Shown here piece by piece: positions 46,105 through 55,503 of a DNA stretch of 64,000 nucleotides. Positions within the stretch are counted from its first letter, which is position 1. Every line of letters starts with the position of its first letter. The notes beneath the pieces were generated by a model, which ran no database searches, was not told the origin of the DNA, and saw nothing but the letters and a program-made list of their open reading frames with translations. Source of the DNA: an uncultured virus (IMG/VR IMGVR_UViG_3300034279_000522) (lineage: Duplodnaviria > Heunggongvirae > Uroviricota > Caudoviricetes); IMG/VR virus record IMGVR_UViG_3300034279_000522, one strand, 5' to 3'. The position numbers and the translations under genes are program-made.

Positions 46105-46434
46105 ATGGCACAAATTCAAAATATCTATATCGACCAAGGAACAACTTTTTCTTTGTCTCTTATGGTAAATGATCAGAACGGGGATCCGAAAGATCTTACT
46201 GATTATACTGCTGCAGCACAAATGCGCAAATCATATTATACTAATACTTCCGTTAGTTTTACTGCTGAAATTACTTTACCAGAAGATGGTGAAGTTACTA
46301 TTTCATTGACTGCTGTGCAAACATCAGCAATAAAAGCAGGGAGGTATGTGTATGATATTGAAATTACAGGCGAAGGCGAAACGCTACGAGTCCTAGAGGG
46401 TATCGTTGTAATCAATCCAGAGGTAACAAAATAA
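46105..46434 (+). CDS. Putative virion structural/adaptor protein
   Basis: NIYIDQGTTF, AAQMRKSY, GRYVYDIEI, RVLEG...PEVT pattern. Confidence 0.7.
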   Translation: MAQIQNIYIDQGTTFSLSLMVNDQNGDPKDLTDYTAAAQMRKSYYTNTSVSFTAEITLPEDGEVTISLTAVQTSAIKAGRYVYDIEITGEGETLRVLEGIVVINPEVTK

Positions 46435-46649
46435 TGGCACTAAAAGTTACAGTAGGAACTTCAAATACTATAAATACAAATATAGTAAGTAAAAGAACAT
46501 CAACCAAAATAGAAACGTTGGCAGATGTGGATGTAGACGGTATCCAAGATGGATACACTTTAATTTACAACACTGCTACTAACAAATGGGAAGCAGCAAA
46601 CCCTGCATCTGAAGTGGTATTAGATAATATAGACGGTGGAACGTATTAA
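46434..46649 (+). CDS. Small fibre-associated protein ending IDGGTY
   Basis: LADVD...DGYTLIYN..TNKW; TAATG coupling with upstream gene. Confidence 0.7.
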   Translation: MALKVTVGTSNTINTNIVSKRTSTKIETLADVDVDGIQDGYTLIYNTATNKWEAANPASEVVLDNIDGGTY

Positions 46650-46680
46650 CAACGAAGACAACCAAAAAGGAATAGTCTAA

Positions 46681-48372
46681 ATGTCAACAATTATTCAAAT
46701 TAAAAGAAGTTCAGGTGCAACTGCTCCAACAACAACTGCTCTCCTAGAAGGGGAAATGGCATATGCACAAGACGCAAGCAATAGCGGCGCAAGTGCAAAA
46801 CTATACATTGAATCAGTAGAAGGCGGAACTGCAGCAATTCATGCTGTCGGTGGTAAATATTTCACAGACAAGGTTGATGCTCGTCTTATCGACGCAACAT
46901 CATCAGTTGGTGGTAAAGCAACCTTTGCTGAAGGAACAGATAACGGTTCCAACAAAGTAACTCTAAAGGCACCAGATACTCTTGCCGCTGATCTTACTCT
47001 GATTCTTCCAACCGCAGACGGTACAAACGGTCAGATCCTTACCACAAACGGTTCAGGTCAACTCGCATTCTCGTCACCGGCTTCGTCCTCGTTCACACTA
47101 AGTGACAACCAAGGAACTCCTAATACAGATACCTTCACAACTGGCGGAACTCTGACTTTTGCTGGTTCAGCCGGTGTTAAGACAACAGTTTCAGACAACC
47201 AAGTTGCTATCGCTGCTGATATTACTGGTGCTACTGCTCTGACATCACTTGCTGATGCAGACGAATTCCTTGTTTATGATGCTTCGGCAACTGCAAACAA
47301 GAAGATTACTGCTGAAGATATTGGCGATTACATCTATGCTGCCGTTTCTGGCGACATTACAATCAGTGAATCAGGTGTTGCCTCGATTGCTGCCAACTCG
47401 GTTGCTCTTGGAACCGACACAACTGGTAACTATGTTGCTACTGTTGCTGGAACTGCAAACCAAGTTACTATCACAGGTTCAGGTTCTGAAGATGCTGGTG
47501 TAACTGTTGCTCTTACAGAAAACGTTACTCTTGTTGGTGACCTAACAGTTGGTGGTAACGACATTAAGGCAAATGGCGGAACTACTTCTATCACTCTTTC
47601 GGGTGCGGATGTTTCGGTTGCTGGTGACCTAACAGTTACTGGAAACGACATTAAGTCATCTTCTGCTACTGCTCTTACACTTGACGGTGCAAACGTTGCT
47701 GTTGCTGGCGATCTTACCGTAACTGGTAATGACATTAAGTCATCTTCTGCTACTGCCCTTACACTTGACGGTGCTAACGTTACTGTTGCTGGTGATCTAA
47801 CTGTTGGTGGTAATGACATTAAGGCATCTGACGGAACTACTGCTCTTACACTTTCGGGTGCTAACGTTACTGTTGCAGGAAACCTAACAGTTTCGGGAAC
47901 AACAACTACTGTTAACTCGACAACTCTAACTGTTACCGATCCTCTCGTATTCGTTGGTAACGACAACAATGCAACCGACGCAGTTGACATCGGTCTGTTC
48001 GGTATGTATGATACCAGCGGTTCGCTAGACCTTTACTCAGGTATCTTCCGCGATGCTTCGGACGGTAAGTGGAGACTCTTCAAGGATTCACAAGCTGCTC
48101 CAACCACAACTGTTAACACAGCGGCAACTGGTTACACCATTGCTACTCTTGTTGCTAACCTTGAAGGCGGAACTGTTTCGTCGCTTGCTTCAGCAATCAC
48201 TGTTCCAAACGGTGGTACTGGTGCGGCAACGTTTACTGCTAACGGTGTTATGTTCGGTAATGGTACTTCTGCGCTCGGAGTTACCGCTGCGGGAACTGCG
48301 GGTCAAGTTCTTCTATCTGGTGGTTCAGGTGCTGCTCCTTCGTTCGGTAATATCGACGGTGGAACATACTAA
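46681..48372 (+). CDS. Tail fibre-like protein (563 aa)
   Basis: IQIKRS...GEMAY N-terminus, LPTADGTNGQILTTNGSGQL, 28-29-aa GDLTVxGNDIK repeats, ends IDGGTY. Confidence 0.75.
   Translation: MSTIIQIKRSSGATAPTTTALLEGEMAYAQDASNSGASAKLYIESVEGGTAAIHAVGGKYFTDKVDARLIDATSSVGGKATFAEGTDNGSNKVTLKAPDTLAADLTLILPTADGTNGQILTTNGSGQLAFSSPASSSFTLSDNQGTPNTDTFTTGGTLTFAGSAGVKTTVSDNQVAIAADITGATALTSLADADEFLVYDASATANKKITAEDIGDYIYAAVSGDITISESGVASIAANSVALGTDTTGNYVATVAGTANQVTITGSGSEDAGVTVALTENVTLVGDLTVGGNDIKANGGTTSITLSGADVSVAGDLTVTGNDIKSSSATALTLDGANVAVAGDLTVTGNDIKSSSATALTLDGANVTVAGDLTVGGNDIKASDGTTALTLSGANVTVAGNLTVSGTTTTVNSTTLTVTDPLVFVGNDNNATDAVDIGLFGMYDTSGSLDLYSGIFRDASDGKWRLFKDSQAAPTTTVNTAATGYTIATLVANLEGGTVSSLASAITVPNGGTGAATFTANGVMFGNGTSALGVTAAGTAGQVLLSGGSGAAPSFGNIDGGTY
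47530..47900 (+). repeat. Four-plus 28-29-aa coding repeats (VAGDLTVxGNDIK...LTLxGAxV)
   Basis: Visible in both translation and DNA; ends approximate. Confidence 0.85.
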
Positions 48373-48386
48373 TAAATAGATAAGAA

Positions 48387-48409
48387 TGGGGTGGGACAAT
48401 CCCACCCCA
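48387..48409 (+). terminator. Strong hairpin (terminator or 5' stabiliser)
   Basis: TGGGGTGGGA-caa-TCCCACCCCA with only a weak U-tract; follows AATAAATA at 48371. Confidence 0.45.
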
Positions 48410-48427
48410 ACTTTGTGGAGATACATA

Positions 48428-48709
48428 ATGGACCAAACAAAATTTATTAACTCGTATATTGCCAATCTTGCAGAACGACTGAAGGCGTTAACACTTGATA
48501 ATATCATGCTGAGTACACAACTTACCATGGCAAATGAAACGGTAGCAGATCTTACGCAGAAAAATCAAATTCTGGAGCACGAAAAGAATCAACCAAAACC
48601 CAATGGGAATTATGTTGACCTTGAAGGCAGTTTGGCGTTTGGCACCTCTGAAGAGTATTCTATCGGGGAAGAGGATTTAGATGTCGACAATAGTACAGAT
48701 AAAGCGTAG
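48428..48709 (+). CDS. Small coiled-coil hypothetical protein
   Basis: GGAG RBS before ATG 48428. Confidence 0.7.
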   Translation: MDQTKFINSYIANLAERLKALTLDNIMLSTQLTMANETVADLTQKNQILEHEKNQPKPNGNYVDLEGSLAFGTSEEYSIGEEDLDVDNSTDKA

Positions 48710-49031
48710 TGAGACTCCTGGAGCAGCACCAACTGGTGTAGATCTAGCGATTGGCGAACTCGCTGTTAATTTAGTAGACAAGAAAATTTACTCTAAAAAG
48801 ACCGACGGAACAGTTGTTGGTCTCGGCGGAGTCGCAGTAAATGATGGTGGGGCGGATGCGGGGGTGACGACCATCTCTTTCGCGGACACCATCTTCGGGG
48901 ATTTCGTTGTTGATACCACAACAACTCCAGGTGTCGCGGTCGTTCGCCTAAATCAAAACGCAGATTTAGATTATGGTCTTATTACCGACAATGTTTTTGA
49001 GTACAACTCGATCGATTATGGGAGCATCTGA
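48681..49031 (+). CDS. Small fibre-module protein
   Basis: VQIKRSE...LAIGELAVNLVDKKIYSKKTDG; paralogue of 50619..50861. Confidence 0.7.
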   Translation: MSTIVQIKRSETPGAAPTGVDLAIGELAVNLVDKKIYSKKTDGTVVGLGGVAVNDGGADAGVTTISFADTIFGDFVVDTTTTPGVAVVRLNQNADLDYGLITDNVFEYNSIDYGSI

Positions 49032-49237
49032 TGGCAGCAAGAGTCAAACTGAGAAGAGGTACTTCCACCCAACACAATACCTTTACGGGCGCTGAAGCGG
49101 AGATTACCATAGACACTACAAACAATACGATAAGAGTGCATGATGGTTCGACTGCTGGTGGACATGAGTTGTTAAAGAACACTCTAGCAAATATCAAGGA
49201 CGGTGCCATTCTAGATGGTGGAACATATACTACCTAA
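49031..49237 (+). CDS. Stand-alone Mtd N-terminal-like domain protein (68 aa)
   Basis: LRRGTSTQHNTFTGAEAEITIDT...VHDGSTAGG. Confidence 0.7.
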   Translation: MAARVKLRRGTSTQHNTFTGAEAEITIDTTNNTIRVHDGSTAGGHELLKNTLANIKDGAILDGGTYTT

Positions 49238-49260
49238 ATAGGGTGGATTAGGAGATAAAA

Positions 49261-50616
49261 ATGGCAACGATTTTACAACTTAGAAGAGGAACTACCGTTC
49301 AGCACTCAACCTTTACGGGTGCTGTTGGTGAAGTCACTGTCGACACAACAAAAGATACTGTAGTTGTTCATGATGGTACCACTGCTGGTGGCAAACCTCT
49401 GGCAACTGAAGCATATGTTACTTCAGCAATTCAGACTAAAGATAACAGTGACGAAATCACAGAAGGTTCAACAAACCTCTACTTTACAACTACCAGAGCA
49501 AGAGATGCATTTAGCGCAAGCACAGGTATTAGTATTACTAGTGGCGCAATTTCATCCACCATTACTCAATATACAGATGCTCTTGCCCGTGGTGCTGTAT
49601 CTGTAACTGACTCTGGTGGTGATGGTTCACTAGCATATAACAGTTCGACGGGTGTAATTACTTATACTGGTCCAAGTGCAACAGATGTTCGCGCTCATAT
49701 CAGCGCTGGAACTGGTGTTACTATTACCAGCGGTCAAATTGCTATTGGTCAGGCAGTTGGGACTGCATCTAATGTTACTTTTAATGATGTCACGGTAAGC
49801 GGCAATCTAACTGTTTCTGGAACCACAACTACAGTAAATACCGAAACAATCAATCTTGCTGATAATATCATTACTTTAAATAGTAACGAAGCGGGAACTC
49901 CTTCACAAAATGCTGGTATCGAAGTCGAACGTGGTACTTCTACTAATGTTGCATTTCAGTGGAATGAAACCAGTGATGTCTGGGAATACACAGTAGATGG
50001 CACCAACTATATTCCAGTTGTTGGCACTACAGCAACGCAAACTCTTACAAACAAGACTCTAACAAGTCCTGTAATTGGTAGTATTGTTAACACTGGTACG
50101 CTGACTTTACCAACAAGCACGGATACACTGGTCGGACGTGCTACTACTGATACATTAACCAATAAAACAATCAGTGGTGCATCAAATACCCTATCGAATA
50201 TCGGCAATGCTTCTCTAACAAATAGCAAAGTCACAATTGGTTCGACAGATGTAAGTCTTGGCGGAACTGTAACAACCTTTGCTGGATTGACTTCGGTCAC
50301 TTCAACTGCATTCGTGGGCGCTCTCACAGGTAATGCGTCATCCGTAACTAACGGTGTCTATACTACTGATACTAGTTCAGTTACCAATACGATGCTTGCT
50401 GGTTCAATTGCTAATAATAAACTAGCAAACAGCGCAATCACTTTAGCAGGAACTGCAGTTTCTCTGGGTGGATCGTTTACCGCTACGAATATGCTTGATG
50501 CAATTAAAACCGTTGATGGTACTGGATCTGGTCTAGATGCGGATCTTCTTGACGGAAACTCAAGCGCATATTTCAGAATCAATATCTATGATGCAGCAGG
50601 AACTCTATTGAATTAA
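49261..50616 (+). CDS. Tail fibre protein with Mtd N-terminal-like domain
   Basis: LRRGTTVQHSTFTGAVGEVTVDT..VHDGTTAGG, EGSTNLYFT, QTLTNKT repeats, GSGLDADLLDG; AGGAG RBS. Confidence 0.78.
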   Translation: MATILQLRRGTTVQHSTFTGAVGEVTVDTTKDTVVVHDGTTAGGKPLATEAYVTSAIQTKDNSDEITEGSTNLYFTTTRARDAFSASTGISITSGAISSTITQYTDALARGAVSVTDSGGDGSLAYNSSTGVITYTGPSATDVRAHISAGTGVTITSGQIAIGQAVGTASNVTFNDVTVSGNLTVSGTTTTVNTETINLADNIITLNSNEAGTPSQNAGIEVERGTSTNVAFQWNETSDVWEYTVDGTNYIPVVGTTATQTLTNKTLTSPVIGSIVNTGTLTLPTSTDTLVGRATTDTLTNKTISGASNTLSNIGNASLTNSKVTIGSTDVSLGGTVTTFAGLTSVTSTAFVGALTGNASSVTNGVYTTDTSSVTNTMLAGSIANNKLANSAITLAGTAVSLGGSFTATNMLDAIKTVDGTGSGLDADLLDGNSSAYFRINIYDAAGTLLN

Positions 50617-50618
50617 TT

Positions 50619-50861
50619 ATGACAACAGTAATCCAACTCAAAAGAAGTGAAACTTCTAATGCAGTCCCCACCGCAGGACAAATTGCAGTCGGAGAACTTG
50701 CAGTAAACTTAGCAGACGGAACATTATATTCTAAAAAAACCGACGGAAGTATTATCGAAGTCGGTGGATATAATCCAGATTTCTTTACTATTCCAGGAAC
50801 AATCGATTTAGGCGATCTTGCAGGGGTAGATCCTACAGTGTATGACATGGGATCATTATAA
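50619..50861 (+). CDS. Small fibre-module protein
   Basis: IQLKRSE...IAVGELAVNLADGTLYSKKTDG. Confidence 0.7.
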   Translation: MTTVIQLKRSETSNAVPTAGQIAVGELAVNLADGTLYSKKTDGSIIEVGGYNPDFFTIPGTIDLGDLAGVDPTVYDMGSL

Positions 50862-50885
50862 ATAGTCCGAAATAGAGGATAACAA

Positions 50886-51854
50886 ATGACCATTTCATCC
50901 AGACAAGGACTAATTGATTACTGCCTTCGTAGACTTGGGTTTCCAGTAATTGAAATTAATGTCGACGAAGATCAAATAGAAGATCGTGTCGATGATGCAC
51001 TACAGTATTTTCAAGAATACCATTTCGATGGTGTTGAAAGAACTTATCTGAAGCATCAAATCACGGGCAACACTCTCAAATTTAGTGGACTAAGTTCTCC
51101 GTCATTTGAACTCGGCGAAAAAATCGTCGGGGAAACATCAGGTGCATCTTGTTATTTACTTTCGCTTAATGGAACTACTGCCACAACTGATACGACAAAG
51201 GGTGTATTCCAAGCAGGTGAAAATGTAACTGGTCTTACTTCAGGGTTCACTCGCGCACTTGCGACGACAAACTTCTATACTCCAGGTGATGTAGATAAAC
51301 AATATATTCCTATTCCAGACTCAGTAATTGGCATCATCAAGATGTTCAATTTCAATGCTCCTGGAGATGGTATGGAAAATCCAAATAACATGTTCAACTT
51401 GGTCTATCAATTTAGACTTAACGACATGTATAATCTTTTGGCAGCAGACCTTATCTACTATGCGCAAGTTAAAACAACTCTGCAAATGTATGACCAGATT
51501 TTTCCTGGACAGCGTTCGATTAGGTTCAACAGAAAAACAGATAAACTTTATATCGACGTAAATTGGAACGATACTTTCCAAGTCGGTGACCACATTATCG
51601 TCGAGTGTTATCGTATTCTAGATCCATCAGAATATACTAAAGTCTATAATGACATGTTCTTGAAAATGTATACCACTGCATTGATTAAACGTCAATGGGG
51701 TGAGAACATGAAGAAGTTCGGTGGAATCCAACTTCCAGGTGGTGTTGTTCTAAACGGTCAACAAGTCTATGACGAAGCAGTCGACGAGATTAAACAAATC
51801 GAAAACGAAATGCAACTCAAGTCGGAACTTCCTGTCGATTTTTATACAGGATAA
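50886..51854 (+). CDS. gp13: Neck protein gp13
   Basis: LIDYCLRRLGFPVIEINV, EYHFDG, KRQWGENMKKF..IQLPGG; TATAAATA at 50857. Confidence 0.93.
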   Translation: MTISSRQGLIDYCLRRLGFPVIEINVDEDQIEDRVDDALQYFQEYHFDGVERTYLKHQITGNTLKFSGLSSPSFELGEKIVGETSGASCYLLSLNGTTATTDTTKGVFQAGENVTGLTSGFTRALATTNFYTPGDVDKQYIPIPDSVIGIIKMFNFNAPGDGMENPNNMFNLVYQFRLNDMYNLLAADLIYYAQVKTTLQMYDQIFPGQRSIRFNRKTDKLYIDVNWNDTFQVGDHIIVECYRILDPSEYTKVYNDMFLKMYTTALIKRQWGENMKKFGGIQLPGGVVLNGQQVYDEAVDEIKQIENEMQLKSELPVDFYTG

Positions 51855-51857
51855 TAG

Positions 51858-52610
51858 ATGCCTACTAACTTCTACTTTCAATCTGGAAATACATCGGGAA
51901 CCACAAACGAACAACGTTTGGTGGAGGATCTTGTCATTGAAAGTTTGAAGATTTATGGTCACGATGTTTACTATCTTCCGAGAACTATTGCTAACCAAGA
52001 TCCAATTTTCGGCGAAGATCCTCTATCATATTTCAGTCAATTCTATCCTCTGGAAATGTATCTAGAGAATGTAGAAGGATTTGAGGGTGAGGGCGATCTG
52101 TTCACTAAGTTCGGATTTGAGTTTAGAGCATCTGCAAGTTTTGTAGTTTCTAAGAGACGTTGGGAAGAATCAGTCGCGAATAACGCCGAGAATCTACAAC
52201 TGACAACAAGACCGTCAGAAGGTGACATTCTATATTTTCCAAAGACCAAAACTTTCTTTGAAATCAAGTTTGTTGACTTTCTTAATCCGTTCTACCAACT
52301 AGGCAAGATTAACGTATTCAAACTGAAATGTGAAGTCTTCGAATATAGTTCTGAAAGATTTATTACTGGCAATCCAGAAATTGATGTTATCGACGATAAG
52401 TCACAGGACCAATATGCATACCAGTTCTTGTTGAATAGCGGATTTAATTTACTATTAAATTCTGGCGATTCGCTAATCTTGGGTGGTTACTCGGTGACTG
52501 ATATTGATCCTCTGGCAAATAATGAAGATTACGACAATATTGCATATGCTGATGGAATTCTGGACTTTACGTCTATCAATCCATTCGGCGAAGTTTTAGT
52601 GAGAAAGTAA
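51858..52610 (+). CDS. gp14: Neck protein gp14
   Basis: EQRLVEDLVIESLKIYG..VYYLPR, KFG, RPSEGDILYFP, PFYQLGK, NPFGE. Confidence 0.93.
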   Translation: MPTNFYFQSGNTSGTTNEQRLVEDLVIESLKIYGHDVYYLPRTIANQDPIFGEDPLSYFSQFYPLEMYLENVEGFEGEGDLFTKFGFEFRASASFVVSKRRWEESVANNAENLQLTTRPSEGDILYFPKTKTFFEIKFVDFLNPFYQLGKINVFKLKCEVFEYSSERFITGNPEIDVIDDKSQDQYAYQFLLNSGFNLLLNSGDSLILGGYSVTDIDPLANNEDYDNIAYADGILDFTSINPFGEVLVRK

Positions 52611-53384
52611 ATGTTCGCAGGTAAATTTTTCTATCACTCGCATATTCGCAAAGCGATTATTGCATTTGGTACTATCTTTAACAACCTAGTTGTGCAGCGC
52701 AAGAACTCTGCTGGTGAATTTGCACAGAGTCTTCGTGTTCCATTAGCATATTCCACCAAACAAAAATTCCTTGCTCGTATTGCCTCGGTTCCTACGACGG
52801 ATCCAGCAAGCACTGCAATTACACTACCAAGAATTGGGTTTGAAATCACTGGACTCAATTATAATCCGACCCGTAAGATTAACATACTTACCAAAAACGT
52901 TGCTGTTGGTGCAGGCGATGATACCAATAAATTGCGATCACAATTTACCAGCACTCCATACGATATGAATATTTCTCTTTTTATTTTTGCAAAGAACCAA
53001 GATGATGGTTTGCAAATTATTGAGCAGATCTTGCCATTCTTTAATCCAGATTTTTGTGTCACGATTAATGATATTCCAGAGATGGGAATCAAACGCGATT
53101 TGCAAATAACTCTGGAGGGTATCGATTATGAGGATCAATACGAGGGCGATTTTGCCCAAAGACAGTCTATCATTTGGACATTGAATTTCAAACTTGGATT
53201 GAATTTTTACGGTCCAGTCGAACTTCAAGGTATCATTAGAACTGCTATTGCAAATACATATGCAAATGATATAGTTGATATCAACAATGGACAAAAATAT
53301 ACAGTGACAACATCACCATCCGACGTAACACCTGAAATTGGTGCGTGGGACTATGTGGAGACATTCGATGAGTTCTTCGAATAA
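52611..53384 (+). CDS. gp15: Tail sheath stabiliser/terminator gp15
   Basis: IIAFGTIFN, VPLAY, LPRIGFE, QIIEQILPFFNP. Confidence 0.93.
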   Translation: MFAGKFFYHSHIRKAIIAFGTIFNNLVVQRKNSAGEFAQSLRVPLAYSTKQKFLARIASVPTTDPASTAITLPRIGFEITGLNYNPTRKINILTKNVAVGAGDDTNKLRSQFTSTPYDMNISLFIFAKNQDDGLQIIEQILPFFNPDFCVTINDIPEMGIKRDLQITLEGIDYEDQYEGDFAQRQSIIWTLNFKLGLNFYGPVELQGIIRTAIANTYANDIVDINNGQKYTVTTSPSDVTPEIGAWDYVETFDEFFE

Positions 53385-53823
53385 CTATGAAAAACTAGAT
53401 GAGATTTTTGGGACTAAGACTGAGCAAGTATCAACTGCAGTAGTTATCCCACCTGCTACCCCAATTCAAGTTCCAGTTGCGTATATACCAACGGGTGATG
53501 ATATTGAGGATGATTATCAAGTCGCAAGGCAGAAACTTAATACTCTTATCGACAAAAGTCAACAAGCACTTGACGGAATGTTAAACGTTGCACTTGCCAG
53601 CGACAGTCCTCGCGCCTATGAAGTTGTCGGACAATTGATAAAAACAACTGGCGATACTGCTAAGGATCTATTGGATCTTCAGGCAAGGAAAAAGAAATTG
53701 CGCGAACAGCAACCAGCAAAGGGTAATATTGAAACCCAGAATAATATTGTGTTTGCTGGTTCAACTGCGGATCTTTTGAAAGCATTGAAAGCAGAGAAGG
53801 CAAAAATAATTGATCATGACTGA
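53368..53823 (+). CDS. gp16: Terminase small subunit gp16
   Basis: DDYQVAR, SPRAYEVVGQLIK, NNIVFAGSTADL; start set at ATG 53368. Confidence 0.9.
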   Translation: MSSSNNYEKLDEIFGTKTEQVSTAVVIPPATPIQVPVAYIPTGDDIEDDYQVARQKLNTLIDKSQQALDGMLNVALASDSPRAYEVVGQLIKTTGDTAKDLLDLQARKKKLREQQPAKGNIETQNNIVFAGSTADLLKALKAEKAKIIDHD

Positions 53824-55435
53824 AGAAGAATCCTCGTATCACGGTAATATTAATTTAAAACCGATCGGGCATAAGCATAGTTTTACAATGGAGCAGTTGG
53901 CAGAACTCGAGTTGTGCCAAGAAGATCCCATTTATTTTATTGAGAACTATTGCCAGATCGTTACTCTCGATCACGGTCTTCAGTTATTCAAACTCTATGA
54001 TTGCCAGAAGCGAAAAGTCGCTCATATTCTGAACAATCGTAAAGCGATTCTTATGGAGGGTCGTCAGCAAGGTAAGACCATCACATCCGCTGCATGTATC
54101 CTCTGGTATACGCTTTTCCAAGAAGCCAAGACTGTCGCTATTATGGCGAACAAAACCTCTGCTGCCAGAGAAGTTATGTCTCGTTACCAAGGCATGTATG
54201 AGAACTTACCACTGTGGATGCAACAAGGCGTAAAAACTTGGAACAAGGGTGACATTGAATTAGAAAATGGATCGAAGGTATTTACTTCGGCGACAACTAC
54301 CAGCGGTATTCGTGGTAAGTCTGTTAACTGGTTGTATATCGACGAAGCAGCGATTATTCCAAACACTGTTGCTGAGCAGTTCTTCGCTTCAGTTTATCCT
54401 ACGATTTCTGCGGGTCAAACAACTAAGATCCTTCTGACCTCAACACCTCTGGGGTATAACCACTTCTGGAAATTCTGGAACGAAGCAGAAAAGGGCGCAA
54501 ATGGTTTTGTGCCTATGTTCATTCCATACACTGAAATTCCAGGGCGCGATGATGCATGGGCAGAAGAACAACTAAGACTTCTTGGTGAATTGAAATTCAA
54601 TCAGGAAGTTATGTGTAACTTCCTCGGATCAAGCAATACGCTTATTAATGCTAAGACTCTTGGTAATATGAGTTCTATCGATCCCGTCTATACTAAAGAT
54701 GGATTGGATATCTTCGAAGAACCTATGCCAGACCGAGCATATACGATGACGGTCGACACTGCCAGAGGTATCGGCGGAGACTACTCCACTGCAGTGGTTA
54801 TCGACGTTACTACAGTGCCATATAAGATGGTTGCGAAGTATCGAGACAACAAGATTGCTCCACTACTGTTTCCTAATATTATAAATAAAGTAGCGAGAGA
54901 TTATAATTCCGCACACGTATTGATTGAAGTTAATGATATTGGGCAGCAAGTCGCTGATATTTTACATAGCGACTTAGAATATGATAATATTCTTACCACT
55001 GCTCGAGATGCGAACAAACAATACCTGTCTCCTGGATTTGGCAGAACGACAACCTTTGGTGTCAAGATGTCAAAGCAGGTCAAAAGACAAGGTTGTTTTA
55101 CGTTTAAGTCGTTATTAGAAGAAATGAAGTTACAAATTTTTGATGCTGATACAATCAGCGAGTTGTCAACGTTTATTGAAAAGGCAGGATCGTATCAAGC
55201 AGACGAAGGTTATCATGACGACTTAGCAATGTGCCTAGTACTGTTCGGATGGTTAACCACAAACACATACTTTAAAGATTTGACAGACATAGATATTCGT
55301 GAGAAATTATATGCAAATCAAATGAGACAAATTGAAGAAGACCTTACCCCCTTTGGTGTTATTATTAGTGGTACTGAAGAAGAAGTTTTTATTGCTGGGG
55401 GTGATTATTGGAAAGTCGATACATCGTATCGATAA
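53810..55435 (+). CDS. gp17: Terminase large subunit gp17
   Basis: RQQGKT, LYIDEAA, TSTPLG, VDTARGIGGDYS, GYHDDLAM. Confidence 0.97.
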   Translation: MIMTEEESSYHGNINLKPIGHKHSFTMEQLAELELCQEDPIYFIENYCQIVTLDHGLQLFKLYDCQKRKVAHILNNRKAILMEGRQQGKTITSAACILWYTLFQEAKTVAIMANKTSAAREVMSRYQGMYENLPLWMQQGVKTWNKGDIELENGSKVFTSATTTSGIRGKSVNWLYIDEAAIIPNTVAEQFFASVYPTISAGQTTKILLTSTPLGYNHFWKFWNEAEKGANGFVPMFIPYTEIPGRDDAWAEEQLRLLGELKFNQEVMCNFLGSSNTLINAKTLGNMSSIDPVYTKDGLDIFEEPMPDRAYTMTVDTARGIGGDYSTAVVIDVTTVPYKMVAKYRDNKIAPLLFPNIINKVARDYNSAHVLIEVNDIGQQVADILHSDLEYDNILTTARDANKQYLSPGFGRTTTFGVKMSKQVKRQGCFTFKSLLEEMKLQIFDADTISELSTFIEKAGSYQADEGYHDDLAMCLVLFGWLTTNTYFKDLTDIDIREKLYANQMRQIEEDLTPFGVIISGTEEEVFIAGGDYWKVDTSYR

Positions 55436-55503
55436 ACACAAAATACATGAGTTATAAATAAAAGATAAAATGAAACTGATCATTTTAACATAAGGAGAAA
55501 AAC

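Noticed and set aside
49031..50616. Diversity-generating retroelement suggested by Mtd-like N-terminal domains
   Set aside because: No reverse transcriptase and no template/variable repeat pair differing at adenines in the window; similarity is limited to the N-terminal anchor module
54880..54887. TATAAATA inside the terminase gene
   Set aside because: About 600 nt from the next start, which has its own box at 55453; may be chance in AT-rich sequence
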